A stretch of 64,000 nt of DNA from Zancudomyces culisetae HAW-14-8 (GCA_052426225.1 JBNJNM010000011.1:2542001-2606000); one strand, 5' to 3'. Positions 1 through 12,569 are shown, numbered from the stretch's first letter. Notes: generated by a model from the letters alone, not told the origin. Program-made: numbers and translations.

Positions 1-1188
1 AGAAAATACACTTAATTTTATCAATATGATAATGATTGAGTGAATCCCAGCATGGATTATTTGCATGAATTTATTATTACATTACTTTCTCTCGTTCACT
101 AGCAAAAAAAACAAAACGTGTACACAATAACCACTGAGCTTTATACTTTTTTATACCATTTTCTTTAATCTTCGCTGTTTACTAATTCCCATATATATTT
201 TTGCTTATTTTTTTGTTTTCAAGGGTAACCATAATCTCAATATCATGTAAATTAGCTTAATTTCATGCTCCAACCTTTTTATTTCTTTTTTTCCCTATTT
301 TTATCTTTTCCTCCAACCAAAATGAGTTTTTTAAATTCACTAAGTACTTGTTTATATGTTTGCCTGTATTACCTTATTAACTGCTCCGTTTTTTTTATTT
401 CCTTTAATTATATTAAAATAAAAGTATTAGCGTTTATTCATACCTTGCGAATTAAATCAGTTTAAATTAAAGAGTCTGGAGTTATGGCTTGATTTTGGTA
501 GGCCAAGCCAAGCCAGCACAATAGCAAAATAATGTATTGACTGGCTGATGAAGCACTTGCTTTATGAAATTAATCGCCTGCTTTTCATTTACAACCAAAC
601 CCAGGCTTTTATTACTACCTTCTCTCCCTCTCCCTCCCTGTGTATCGTGGTAGCATCTGAGATGTCTAGAAACATACCCATGCTCATACTAATCCTTTTA
701 CTCACGGCCGTTAAAACCATCGTTTTGTGAATATGTTGGAAACTTTCGCAGGTTGTTTTTTTTCCCCGTTACCATGATTCGATTTCTCGTTAATATGTTA
801 TATCTTTCTTATATTGGTTTTTTTAATGAAAGGTTTGGATGTTTAAATTTGAAGATTATTATCCAACCTTCCTTATGCAAGTAATCATGCGTAAAAACGG
901 ATGATGGATTTGGGGTATGTACACTTACCCTTAATTTTAGCAATCTCATGGTTCACTCTTACCGCAATGGCTCATAAAATTAAAACGGTGTTACTCTCTC
1001 ACTACACCAAGACGTTAACGAACAAACGCACAAAACTCGCTACGAGTACACCTATAAAAAATTTAATTACCACTATTCCGGACCAAAAAAAAAATCTTTT
1101 CTTGGGTATACTTGTGTTTTTACTTTAGAAATCTAGTCAGTCAAATGAGCATACACACTCTTTCCAAAAAATAAAACAGTTTTGCGAT

Positions 1189-1214
1189 CCTCCTCCTCCT
1201 CCTCCTCCTCCTCC
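1189..1214. repeat. (CCT)n trinucleotide microsatellite
   Basis: About 8 tandem CCT units, intergenic; source of the poly-G in the spurious ORF 1137..1349. Confidence 0.9.
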
Positions 1215-1729
1215 CTCCATCCATGACCAGCCAACACCAAATAAACCCTCATCTGAATATGTGTATAAAATTAGTACTAACACGATACAAAACACAGAAT
1301 ATGGGCACGGAACACGGGACACGGAGCATAAGGATGTAACCATATGCACCCCGATTCAGTTTACTTTTTGATTCTTGATGTTCAATTAGGCAGGCTATTA
1401 TTTATGCATCTTACTAATCGCATAAACAATACCACCAGCTCCCCCAATCCTTTTGCCAGCTGATTGATAGTTCGGTCATTTTGTCTTAGGATCGCACTTC
1501 AAAAGTCGTTTTTCAGTACCATGACATTCACTCTCCATTCCCTCCACTCCCCCCCCAGTTATCCGTTTTTTTTTGTTAATACTACTTTATAGCGGATTTT
1601 AACTGTTCACAGCAGATAATTTCACATTTTACGCCAAATATCTGCGTTCAAAATGGCGTTTTCAACCCAATACTCTTTTGCATCCCTTATTGGTCTTTAC
1701 TTTTGACTCTGAGTGCAAATTTTGGGTAT

Positions 1730-1774
1730 AAAACCAAAACCAAAATCAAAACTAAAATCAAAATCAAAATCAAA
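1730..1774. repeat. (AAAAYC)n hexamer microsatellite upstream of the secreted-protein ATG
   Basis: aaaacc aaaacc aaaatc aaaact aaaatc aaaatc aaaatc; produces the KTKTKIK run in the TTG-started ORF extension. Confidence 0.85.
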
Positions 1775-1807
1775 TATAATAATACAAGTACTGAGTTTTA
1801 TTACAAT

Positions 1808-2203
1808 ATGAACGTGATACTGCTATATCTTTTACTCGCTCTTCTTGTCAATGGTATTCACATAAAGAACTTTGACCAACATCACCCACTTGTAAAAAGA
1901 GATAGAGTAAATCGCCCGTACGCACAACGGGGCTACAACAAACGCAAGTTAAGACATCCAGATATTGTCGTAAAAAGGGAAGACCCAGATACAGCGACCC
2001 CTGCGGAATTTGACACTGAAGATTCTACGGTAGAAACTGATGAGCTAAAAAGATGCATGGCGATGCATGGTGGAATGAAGGTATTTCCACATCCCATACA
2101 ACCATGTAACAAGTGTTGGTGTACCTCTAAAGGAGCGGTTAAGTGCACCAAAAAGTACTGTTCAAAGCTCAATATAGCCGAATTAACTCAATATCCAACA
2201 TAA
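1808..2203 (+). CDS. Secreted prepro-protein (131 aa) with C-terminal pacifastin-like (protease inhibitor I19-type) 6-Cys domain
   Basis: ATG at 1808 (the ORF track uses upstream TTG 1703). Signal peptide MNVILLYLLLALLVNG; several KR sites; C-terminal C-x16-CNKCWC-x3-G-x3-CTKKYC at 2054-2161. Confidence 0.75.
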   Translation: MNVILLYLLLALLVNGIHIKNFDQHHPLVKRDRVNRPYAQRGYNKRKLRHPDIVVKREDPDTATPAEFDTEDSTVETDELKRCMAMHGGMKVFPHPIQPCNKCWCTSKGAVKCTKKYCSKLNIAELTQYPT

Positions 2204-2541
2204 TCTTCAAACTCTGACAATCGTAATATTGCTGCGTTTTCGGAATTGGTGCTGCTGTCGATGCCATCAACACTAGCCTACCAGTACTAGATGTGTTTTA
2301 CACTTTTCTTTTTTAGGCCTATTACTACTACTACTACTCTCTCTCTTTTATTTTTTATTTGTGGCTTAGGTTTGATTTATTGATATTCACTTTAATATTC
2401 GAGCATTTAAAACTTATATGGCTGTCAGTTATTTTATTTATTTTTCTGCGATATCTGTAATATAATGTAACAAAAAATTTTAAATTAATTAAAAATTGTA
2501 TAAATTATGGTGAATAATAGTACTACCAACTGTCATTGCCC

Positions 2542-3679
2542 TCATTCTGCCAAACCGCCTTCAAAAAGTTCAACTTTTTTCAAAATTATCGGATCAAGGT
2601 CGTGTTTAACAATACCTGCTACGTTAATATCCTGGGTGTGATGTTTTTGTAGCCCTAAATCTGATGGTATACCCTGAAACACATTGGTTGTTGTACTTGG
2701 AAAGTCATAAGCAGTACTACTTGTGGTGGGGCGCCTCACTTTGACCTTTTCGGGCACTTTGACGGGTACCAACCCCCCGTCTCCACTGCTCTCTGATAAA
2801 CGGGGGGAATTTGTTTTTTTGCTTTTCAAGCTGAATGATCTCTCAGGAACTGACATTTTGAGTGACACTTTCTCAGCTTTATCTGCATCAAATTTTGATT
2901 GAATATACTTAAAGCGTGCTTCTGACTCGATCCTTTTCTGAACGGCTTTTGTTAGCGAGTCTTTTAAATCGCCTGACAGAGCAATTTGAATGATTTGGAT
3001 TTCGATCACATGAACCCCTAACCCACAAAGCCCACCATTTACCTTGTTTATCATATTGGCTGCAATTGTGTTGAGGTTTTCCAGTAGATAATCTAGAGGA
3101 AGAAGGCTTAAATTTGAAAGCGACGCCATCTTAACGGCATTACTAACCATTCTTTCGACGTTTATACATTCAAAAGTTGCTAGCAAGTGATCGGTAACAT
3201 GCCAGCTAGCAGCAATGTCCAAACTAATAAGAAAGTTGTCCCTAGTAATGATCTCCAATGCACATATTGTTTGTGTCTGTATTTTTATATTAACATAGAG
3301 GATAGATTCTGACAAAGGATTCAAATACACAAGCCCAGGGCCCGTAGTCATCTTGTATCTCCCATGTCTTAATATTAGGCCCAAATAACCCTGGTCGACC
3401 TTTTTATATGGGTTTGGAAAGCAAAAGCAAATGGGTATCTATTTCGATAAAGCAAAAATGTCAATGTAAAGGATACATGTAAAAATATATAGGCATTACC
3501 TTTCCGAGTATTCCCAAAAAGCCTCCAAAACAAGAAACAAAATTTTCATATCCACGTTTTGAATGGGCAGTAGATTTCGAGAATATATTTTCTTGTTTGT
3601 AATACTCTTCTGAACTTGTTAACATATTTTCAACTTTCACGTCCTTGCTACTAAATATATTAGAATTTTCGTAGTACAT
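2542..3679 (-). CDS. Stomatin-like SPFH/Band-7 domain protein, 2 exons (3679..3500, 3438..2542); start may be 3625
   Basis: GT-AG intron 3439-3499 joins GGFLGILGK to IPICFCFPNPYKKVDQGYLGLILRHGRYKMTTGPGLVYLNPLSE, the typical fungal stomatin N-terminus, followed by an SPFH core (ITRDN...LDIAASWHV...GVHVIEIQI). Confidence 0.8.
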
Positions 3680-5131
3680 TATAAAAGAGACAATGTAAAT
3701 TAACAAAGCGAACAAGAAGAACGGAATATCGAGTCATTATATTCATTTGGGTTTAGATCCACAAATATAATACTGTCAGCTTGCCGGGTTGCCAAAGAAA
3801 AATGGCACATGCAGTAGAGTGTCTTCAGGCATTGCAGTAACTAAGAGAAAGTGCGTTCTGCTCGTTGCTGGTGTGCATAACTCTTTCCAAAAAAATATAT
3901 AAAAATGCAAACTCAATTGTATAAACAGTTTCAAAACATAGAGGCTGTTTTACGTAAACGAAAGTAAAAAAAGCATCTCTTTAAACTTCGATGGTTACGA
4001 GATGTATGCGGTTCGCGTTGTGAAAAACCAGTAAAAAGAGTTACAATGCAGAAGAATATAAACAGCCAGGCAGCTACATAAGTTAAGTTTTCACTTTCAC
4101 ACAAAATCTGAACTATCCAGAAACTGTTCCAAACAAATCTTTGCGCAAAAACATTGCCAATGTAAAAAATAAAGCCTTTTCAATAAATATGCAAGAAACC
4201 ATGGATTTTAAACAAAAGTAGCTGTCAAGACATAGCACCCGTCGGTACCATCCACTTATCATACATAGTTTTTCTTTATTTATGTTGAGGTAAAAGTTGG
4301 TGAAAAATCATTTCCCATCGCTTTTTAGCTCTACCACAGGGCATTTCAGATACTTTTTGAACACATTGGCTCGAGTATCGTGGAAAACGGATGTTAAGCA
4401 GATGCTTGTATAGAACCTATATATACATGTGTATATGCTTTATATACAACACCAGCATACAGTACTCAACAAAAATTAGAGTGGTGGATAATCTGAGTAT
4501 AGAGTCAAATGGGTACAGAACTTTGATGATGAGCCGTGCTCTTGTGTATTTCAAAATTCATTAGCACCTTTTTCTCAAGGTATGTCAGATTTCCAAAAGA
4601 TTCACACCACCCAATAGATTTATTTCCCCTCCCCCCATGTTTGGCCTATAGGAGCTCGCGGATACACTACAAACCATGTTGTCATTTTCAATAAAGCTTA
4701 CGCAAACCCGCTTTTGACACTCCAACTGCTTTTACTTATATGTTCTTTTTTATAATCTTAAATACCCTGCATATTGTTAATCAGATCATTACAACGTAAT
4801 ACTGAGAAAAAGAGCGATACAACCCTAGCCATATACCTTTCTGCGTTTACACTCTTTAAAGCCTGTCAATAACTGCTTGTAGTATGTCACTTTTCCTAGC
4901 GACTACTTTATCTTATTAACTGTGCTACCAAGGATAAAAGCACAAGTGAAAAAATAAAGTACCAGGTGGTGATACAATAAAATTGCATAAATGAGCGTAT
5001 AGTACTAGAAAAAAAATCAATACAATAGTATCATATAAAACTGTTCAGTCAAAGGGTATATAATATATCACCATCTGTCTAAGACCACTCACTAGTTAAA
5101 AAGTATAAAATATCGTTTTTAGAAAAGCAGA

Positions 5132-5971
5132 ATGATAAAGAACCATAACCCGAAAAGGTCACATCAACATGAAATTAATGACAGAGATAACCTTAAAAAA
5201 AGGATGTGGGAATATCGAAGTATCAATGATGCGTTTACGCCGAACCCATACCAAAGCACTGGTAACAATCGAAAACATATACTCGATAACAATGCTAATA
5301 AGGTCGACTCTATCCCTGGGTATAACATTGAAATAGATAGTGAAAACGACTTGGATGAGGAACACAATGAATATAACCTTAAAGATATTGAAGAAATGCT
5401 CGATTTCGAGAGAATAGAAAATGAGGTTCTAGACGCTCAAAGTTACACCATCCAGAGCGACGATATAACAAACTACAACCAGCTTAACATTATAGAAACC
5501 AACTTTGATACTGATGCAACCCCGACTGTGCTGAGCAAAAAAAAAACCATACTGAACACAGAAGACGATACTACACCGCTAGCTAGTTCAAAGCCGCATG
5601 AGTTAAAAGAAACAGCGGTATGCTACAGTATTATAAGTAGCCAGAGTGATATGCAAAATGAGCAAAAAGCTCAACAAGTTCAGGAGACCCAAGAGGTTGA
5701 GAAGGCTGAAAATCCGTATGCTTTGTCGTCTACAGAATCAATTGCAGCTTTGAAGACCCTGGAGACGGAATTCATACAGTTGATTGAAGATGGGATAAAG
5801 TTTATTTTGGTTTTTGATAGCATAATAGAGGGCAACAAGAAAACATTTAGTGAAAAGGCAGAGCAGTTACAAGCAAAGGCAAATAGCCTGAATTCCAAAT
5901 GGGAAAACGTAAAAAACGGCACAAACAGTTTAATGACCCTATCCTCACAATATCTTATGAATGGTAAATGA
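5132..5971 (+). CDS. Hypothetical protein (279 aa): acidic/disordered N-terminus, C-terminal coiled coil
   Basis: Uninterrupted 840 nt ATG ORF in AT-rich DNA; heptad-like C-terminus (LKTLETEF...AEQLQAKANSLNSKWENVK). Confidence 0.7.
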   Translation: MIKNHNPKRSHQHEINDRDNLKKRMWEYRSINDAFTPNPYQSTGNNRKHILDNNANKVDSIPGYNIEIDSENDLDEEHNEYNLKDIEEMLDFERIENEVLDAQSYTIQSDDITNYNQLNIIETNFDTDATPTVLSKKKTILNTEDDTTPLASSKPHELKETAVCYSIISSQSDMQNEQKAQQVQETQEVEKAENPYALSSTESIAALKTLETEFIQLIEDGIKFILVFDSIIEGNKKTFSEKAEQLQAKANSLNSKWENVKNGTNSLMTLSSQYLMNGK

Positions 5972-6323
5972 CCACTGTGACTCTTTTTAATGTGCATTTA
6001 GCTTGTAAAGAAGACTCAGTCAAGTGACGTCGCGATCAAAAGGGTATTTTATTACTTGATCTTAATACTATTTGTGTATTTGTTACTTTCAGCTTAAGAA
6101 GTTGAAAATAAAATGACAAACAAATAAAAAGTGTATATCACATTCTTATTCTCAAAAAGAAAAAGATAATGAAATCATCAGTTCCAAATCAGCTTTAAAG
6201 TAAGCTGGAAACTGGTTCTATAACTAGTATTAATTCTATACTATAAACTAGCTTTAGTATGGCATAAGTCCAAAAAATAAGCAAAAATCAAACAAATAAG
6301 TAAACCGGATGTATATGAAATCT

Positions 6324-8290
6324 TTATGTGGTATCCTGTTGTCTTTTTTTCTTTGCCGAGTCCTTCAGCTTATCCCACCTCCTTCTATATCGTTCCAATA
6401 CCGCTGTCTATCAAAAGGCATTATAAGACATTAAATCATAGACCCTGAATTTATGTATAACTGCTTTACAAACGAGAAATTACCTGCTCTTTATTCATAA
6501 TTTCCATTTTCCTATACTTTTCTTCAAGCTCAGCCAACTTTGATTCAACGGAATCACTCCCTTTAACATCCGTTGGTTGAGTGTTAGTTATAGCTTTCTC
6601 ATAAAGCCTGCCAGTAGGTTTAAAGGAATCCCTGTACTTGTTGTTCATGACGTACTTCGCCTACAACGAAACACCAAAAAATAAAAATTGCGCTCTAAAT
6701 ATTCCAAGAGTTAGAAATTTTCAAACTACACAGCCATTGCCAGAAGCTAGACCGCTAGGCACGTATGTGAAAATAGTAATCGAGAAAAATGCTTAGTCTT
6801 ACATGCTTATTGAACTCCTCCTTAAAGTTGTATATGCTGCTTTTTAGCATAATGTTCTCTTTTTGTGTCTATTAGGGAAGTAAATTGTGATAAATGCTTT
6901 ACTAGTAAATTCACACATTCTTTTTTTTAAAAAAAAATAACATCAGTATTTTGTAAAACAAAAATAAAAAATTACCGCATCCAAGCTTGAGAGCCTTTTG
7001 GATAATGACTTTACAGCACTTTTCAGTTCTCGATTCTCGGATATTAGTCTAGTTTCATATAGATGGTTAAACTGATCGTAACTTAAATAGAGAAGTTATC
7101 ACCATTTTTATGTCCAAAAATATTGAATGTATTAGAGTATACCTCAGATTCTCGTGTTCCAGGTCTTCATATGACATCTTACCACCTCCCTGCAAATTTT
7201 TCTTTGCTTCTCCTTCACTCACTTCTATTATTTTCTCAACTCTTTCCGGTAAGGTATCGAGTTTATTTCTTGAGGTGGTAGCCAAAAAGTTTGCAGTAGA
7301 TTTCTCAGGATGTTGTGAAACAACATAAAACGACTCTGCAGCTATTTTTTTTCACTTTTACATTTCAGCAAACTGTGTTTTATATTGAGGGAACTGTATG
7401 AATATAAAAACAACAAAATAATACCATTTTTCATTGAGCCCAGTTTGTCTTTATCGTTATTGTTGAGTTGCATTGTGGTGAATGCTACAGGATTCGAAAC
7501 CCAGTTTTCGATATAGTTCCAAAAGTCGTCAAAATTCTGCTCTTTATCTTTATCTTTATCCTATATCAATGTTTTGACAATGATTGATAACAGTTATTAT
7601 TGTCCCTGTTGCAGAATAACGTTATAAGAGAATTCTGTATAAGTTTGGATTCTACACAGTCCACTGCAGCACATTTATATCTAACAGATATAAAGACTTA
7701 CGGAATTAAATTCAGTGCTTTCTATCTTGACCTCGTATTTTTCTTTGGTTTCCTTTGTCTTTTCGAGCTCTAGCATCGTTTTGCAATATCTAGCTTTGTG
7801 CTTCTGAGTCAGCCAGAGTCCAGACAAGGAACGTACTATATCAACGATTGAAAATGCATACTTGATTATGACCTCTTTTACATTTTATCTACAATCCAAA
7901 GACAAAGTAAATCGTTCTTACCCACCGCAGGATCTGATTCATTTGATGTTATTTTCTCGAATATTTCTATAGAGTATCGCCAATAAAGAAAATATAAGCA
8001 TTTGATATTTCGATTTGCGATGCCACAAATCTCATCTTAAAAAATGTGTTTATATTCCTAGACAAAAAAAGTATATAAAAAGAGAGAAAAATACCTGCAG
8101 AAATGTTATGTGATTTTAGAGCTTCCTCCCAATTGCAATCATCTTCAAACTCTTCCGCCCTTCTACTGTACAAGTGTGCCTAAAAATAATAAATCGTTAA
8201 GCATCTTTTCTTACTTTTCGAGATCTAGATTGACGTACGTATATTCCCAGTTATAGAATTTAACAAAAAACGCTACACTACCTCTTCCAT
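6324..8290 (-). CDS. Atg38/NRBF2-like protein (MIT-like domain plus coiled coils), 10 exons, about 333 aa
   Basis: Manual GT-AG splicing with consistent phases: exons 8290-8282 (least certain), 8179-8095, 7966-7922, 7835-7702, 7560-7425, 7335-7143, 7048-6976, 6868-6803, 6660-6484, 6407-6324 (1002 nt). N-terminal AHLYSRRAEEFEDDCNWEEALKSH resembles the NRBF2 MIT helix (AHQQSRRAD...YEEAISCH). Central ESFYVV; C-terminal LERYRRRWDKLKDSAKKKR. Confidence 0.7.
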
Positions 8291-11200
8291 TCGTATTTAG
8301 TGCTTTCAAAATTTCACTATTTTATCTTTTGTCCAAACAGTACTTTGCACTGACCTGTCGTTGGTGATGTGTGCTTATAGCAATAAATTCCAAGCATAAG
8401 CAAAATTTCTAGTTGGGGGTTTTTTTTTGCGGAGCGTCCAGCTTAAAAGCCCAAGACCCCGTGACAAGCTTTGCACCAGATAAACTTTGTGCAAGCCTCT
8501 GATTCTCAAACTAGCTCGTATGATGATTGGGCATCAACCCTGTGATTTTAAACCAATCCCTTTCTGCGGCAATAAAATCAATATCATCCGTTTTTCACAC
8601 GAATTGCCACCTGAAAAATAGGCGAATGATAGGGGGGTATGGTCACCCCATATACACGCCAAAAAAGTGCACTTACTTTACTCTTAGACTTCAACACATG
8701 CACAACTTTAATAATCATCTTGCAAATGTATTAAACATACACCAACGTCATTAGAAAAACAGAATTTAAATTTCTTAATGAGGAATCTCTAATTATAGAT
8801 TCTTTCCTTGATGCACAAAAAAAAAACGGACTAGGAACAAAGTTACATACAAAATAAAATAAAACAGCTGAAATAGTAACTGTCCAGTTCCTATTTAGAA
8901 CATTACATTATACCTCTACACTAGCTTACATTTATAGACATAGTATTCTTTTTTTTGCTGCCATAACAGAGCATCCGTTAGTAATAGTAATGGAGACTAC
9001 AAAATCTTCTAATTGGCTTGACGCTTAAGCTTACTTAAGAAGTGCATAAATATTGATAAAGAAGAGAGGAGTAAATGACACAATAATCACATCGTCCGAA
9101 AAAGTACAGTATATTGTAGCCATTAAACATGTTTTTATTGGCCTTTTCTCCATCTTTTTTTTTGAAATTGCCATGAATAACAGAGGTTTTAAGATAGAAT
9201 GTGTTTTTGCTGTTATTGTGTGTTGTAATCCCCAACAATATGAAACCCACGTCATTAGACAAATAGGTCTGATCTTTAGATGATGCTACGGACGATTTTT
9301 TTTTAATAATAAATGTGAGATTATATAAAAATTACAAAGTATAACACTTTTACATTTATAAGTGGGAAATCGACAACTGGACAATTTTGAACATTTAATT
9401 CTGCTGCTTCCCTCCCCCCCAAAAAAGTAGTTGAAATGTTAGAGTTGGGATTGGTTCATTTTTTTTGCGATTCCGGCTTTCAGCATGTACTTTTAATCAC
9501 ACTCTAAATTCATGAAAATGTGATCATCTCAATCTATCTGTGGTGGTTACAGACGAAATATAATGTCGACTGAAATGATTTCCGTATTCCTGTAACTTTG
9601 CAAAAACGTCATATGGTCTGGGTTACCTTGTATCAGATGATGCATCAAGTATGCTTTAAGAGTTCTGTCATATGTGTTAGAGCTGGATGTAAGACTACTT
9701 TTTTCGCTCTATTAGTACTAATTTTTTGTTGGACATAAAATCAAGATTTTAGATTTATTTTCACATGAAAATATTGATTTTGATTAATAAAGGTGTATTA
9801 CGTAAATACACGTCATTGAGGAAGTAAAATATTTTACGAAAATGCACCGAGTCTAAGGGCGTGATTTTTTGAAAAGTTGTTGTAGCCGATGTTTACAAAT
9901 AAATAGCTATATTAAGCGCAAATTAGATAAGACAAGACAATACGAATTGTAATTCGTATAAAATTTAATTTGAGAAATGGAATTCCTTTTGTAGTAGCAG
10001 GTGACATGAAAATCGGAAATGTAATATAGATACCAACACATCAGTGGGATTATTCGGCGAACAAATGAAAAAAATGAATCAATGCGGCTGATTATTAATG
10101 CGTTGTCAAAATCCGCGGGAATTTTAATAATTACGGGCTCGATTAACTATCTTCGCAACTATCTAAATTGAAATCTAGGAAACTACTTATAACACATTTC
10201 GCCTAAAAAATATTGCTCGTCTGAACCACTTATAAATGCCGCTTACGCATTTAAAATTGATGAATTTGCAGAAAAAGAGATTTACGGCTGCTTTTGTGTA
10301 TATTGGATTTATCCAGCTAGGAAATAAGTACCAGAATATAATTTTTTTTTACACATCCATCTCAATTTTTCCGCAAATAAAAAAGTTTTTGGGCGATGTT
10401 GGATATAACAGAAATACACAACTAACATGTATAGAATCGTGCGGGAGCTGACCAATGATCCTGGTGATACCACTAGCTCTTAGGAATGTTGATTTTATGC
10501 CATTCAGAAATAATTATGATAGTTTTTAATTTAGAGGCGAGAAGAGCATTGTTTGCAAAGCAGTGTTACTTAGCGCCAGTAATTGACTTCTAAATTCTAA
10601 AAAAGAAGTGGGGTTGCATTACCCAGAGGGAAAAATGAAACGAGATTCAACAGTAATACCCTATTTGGTTTTACACCATATCGCTTTCAAGTCGGTGAGC
10701 AAAAACCAAGTCAGCCGAAACTAGATATACTCATTTACATCACGCATTCTATAAAAATATTAGTATATACATATTAAGTTTTATAGCGGATAAAGCTGAA
10801 AGCTAGCCATCTAAGCATACTCGCATTTTACTCCAAAGAATGTGGTAAATATTCCCTAAAGCAAAAAATTTGGTGCCTTTACCTTGGTATCATGAATTTT
10901 TATGAGAAAAAATCAACCCAATGCTTTGCTGAATATGTACAAACAATAAAGGCGGCATACTATTTACTTCTTAGAACACAAGCAATGCATAAAAAAGGCG
11001 CACATTTCCTCTCTAAATAGGATCAATGTACAGCTCGAGCTATACAGGGAACCACTATAGCTTGCACTAGAGCATCAAAAAGACTGAAGTGGAGAAATCA
11101 AACCTAAATTTGCAACTCGCTCGGGGGATGTAGATGTACTCTGGTATTTTATGTCCAATGACTGCGTTTTCGCTTTTTTCACGAAAACGAGCAATACCAA

Positions 11201-12569
11201 TAAGCGTAAAAACACATCTTATAAAGTGATATTAATAGAGAATGTTAATTTGATGAATGCTTTTTATAGCAGGCGGTGGCCCATTTAAACGGCTTTAATA
11301 AAAATGTAATATGGGGAGGAGCAATGGGTATACTTTTGAAACATTGCTATAATACCAAAGGTGTAGAGGCGCATGGAATTTACAATGCATAAGCAATAAG
11401 TATATCCTGTTTTTAAACTGTTTTTTTTTAATGAATAGGTTTCTCCGTATTGGTATTGTGCAATCGAGGGGTAGTACAAGGGATCTTATTAAGAACAATT
11501 ACCTACTCATTTAATGTAAAAAATGTAAGGGTAAGAACTATTATAATGAACAGAATTTTGTGGAGACCTGGGATTGCACTGAGAAATATTTAACTTTGAC
11601 ACCCTGAAAATTCTACTTTATACATTTAATTGATAAAGCGAAGTATTTAATCATGTTTTTTGTTGCTGGGGGACTGGCTAAGAAGCTGATAAATAGGTAC
11701 GGGACCATACGCACATATGAATTTTTCCGAAAAGAGTATTAAAAATGTGCCTCATCTCAAACTGGAAAATTTAATCCTCAAAGAATAAGAAACTGTTACT
11801 GAATTATCCAAACCAAATCATTCACTAAAAACAGTTCAATTCATTCTACCTGGGTTGATATAATGATATTGTATGTTTCAAGCGATAATGAGAAAATTCT
11901 TTACTTGGGAATTGGTAAATGATAATTTTTCAGTTTTCACAATATCTGAAATTGCCCAATTAATAATGGAAGGGCTATAACAATCCATTATAGTATGTTT
12001 ACGCAATAACAACGTGTCTTATTACCAATTCTTTTAGATTTGTGGATTTTTATGTAAACCAATTTAACTAAAAGAGGAAGTGAAAAGCTAAATTTAAAAC
12101 TTGTTCAGAGCTCACCCAAGATCAAGTGAAATCCGAAGTAGTATCTAAATTATGCGTAGTTTGTTAATGTTTTCTGTTTTTTTTGCACTCCATTGAACCA
12201 TGTTTGAGAACGTAAAAAATGTCCAGAAAATCACCAACAGTTTTCTTGGTAAGCATTTTTTTTTGTGCATGCAAGTCTCTTTGATGAAACGGCTTTCTTC
12301 TTGCAATGACGAGCATATTCCCCGCTCTGCTATTGACACAAAAGAAAGAAATATCGTAAAGGCCATACAAATATTTATACATTCTACAAACCACATACCA
12401 ACGAATAATAGCACTAGTCCCACCTCATGCCTTTACCAAAGTTTATAATTGTAAAACAAGAAACCGTACGTATGCTCAAGGTAACTAGTAGCTTTTGGCC
12501 CAAGTACCTTTCCAAATTTAATCATCTAATATCCTTTTGAAACTTTAGCCCTACTTAGGTTCCAGGTTA

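Noticed and set aside
1703-1807. N-terminal extension of the secreted protein given by the ORF track
   Set aside because: It starts at TTG and runs through a microsatellite; ATG 1808 directly precedes a clean signal peptide.
8520-8614. Possible box C/D snoRNA (ATGATGA ... CTGA, about 95 nt)
   Set aside because: No terminal stem and no rRNA-complementary guide that I could identify; these boxes occur often by chance in AT-rich DNA.
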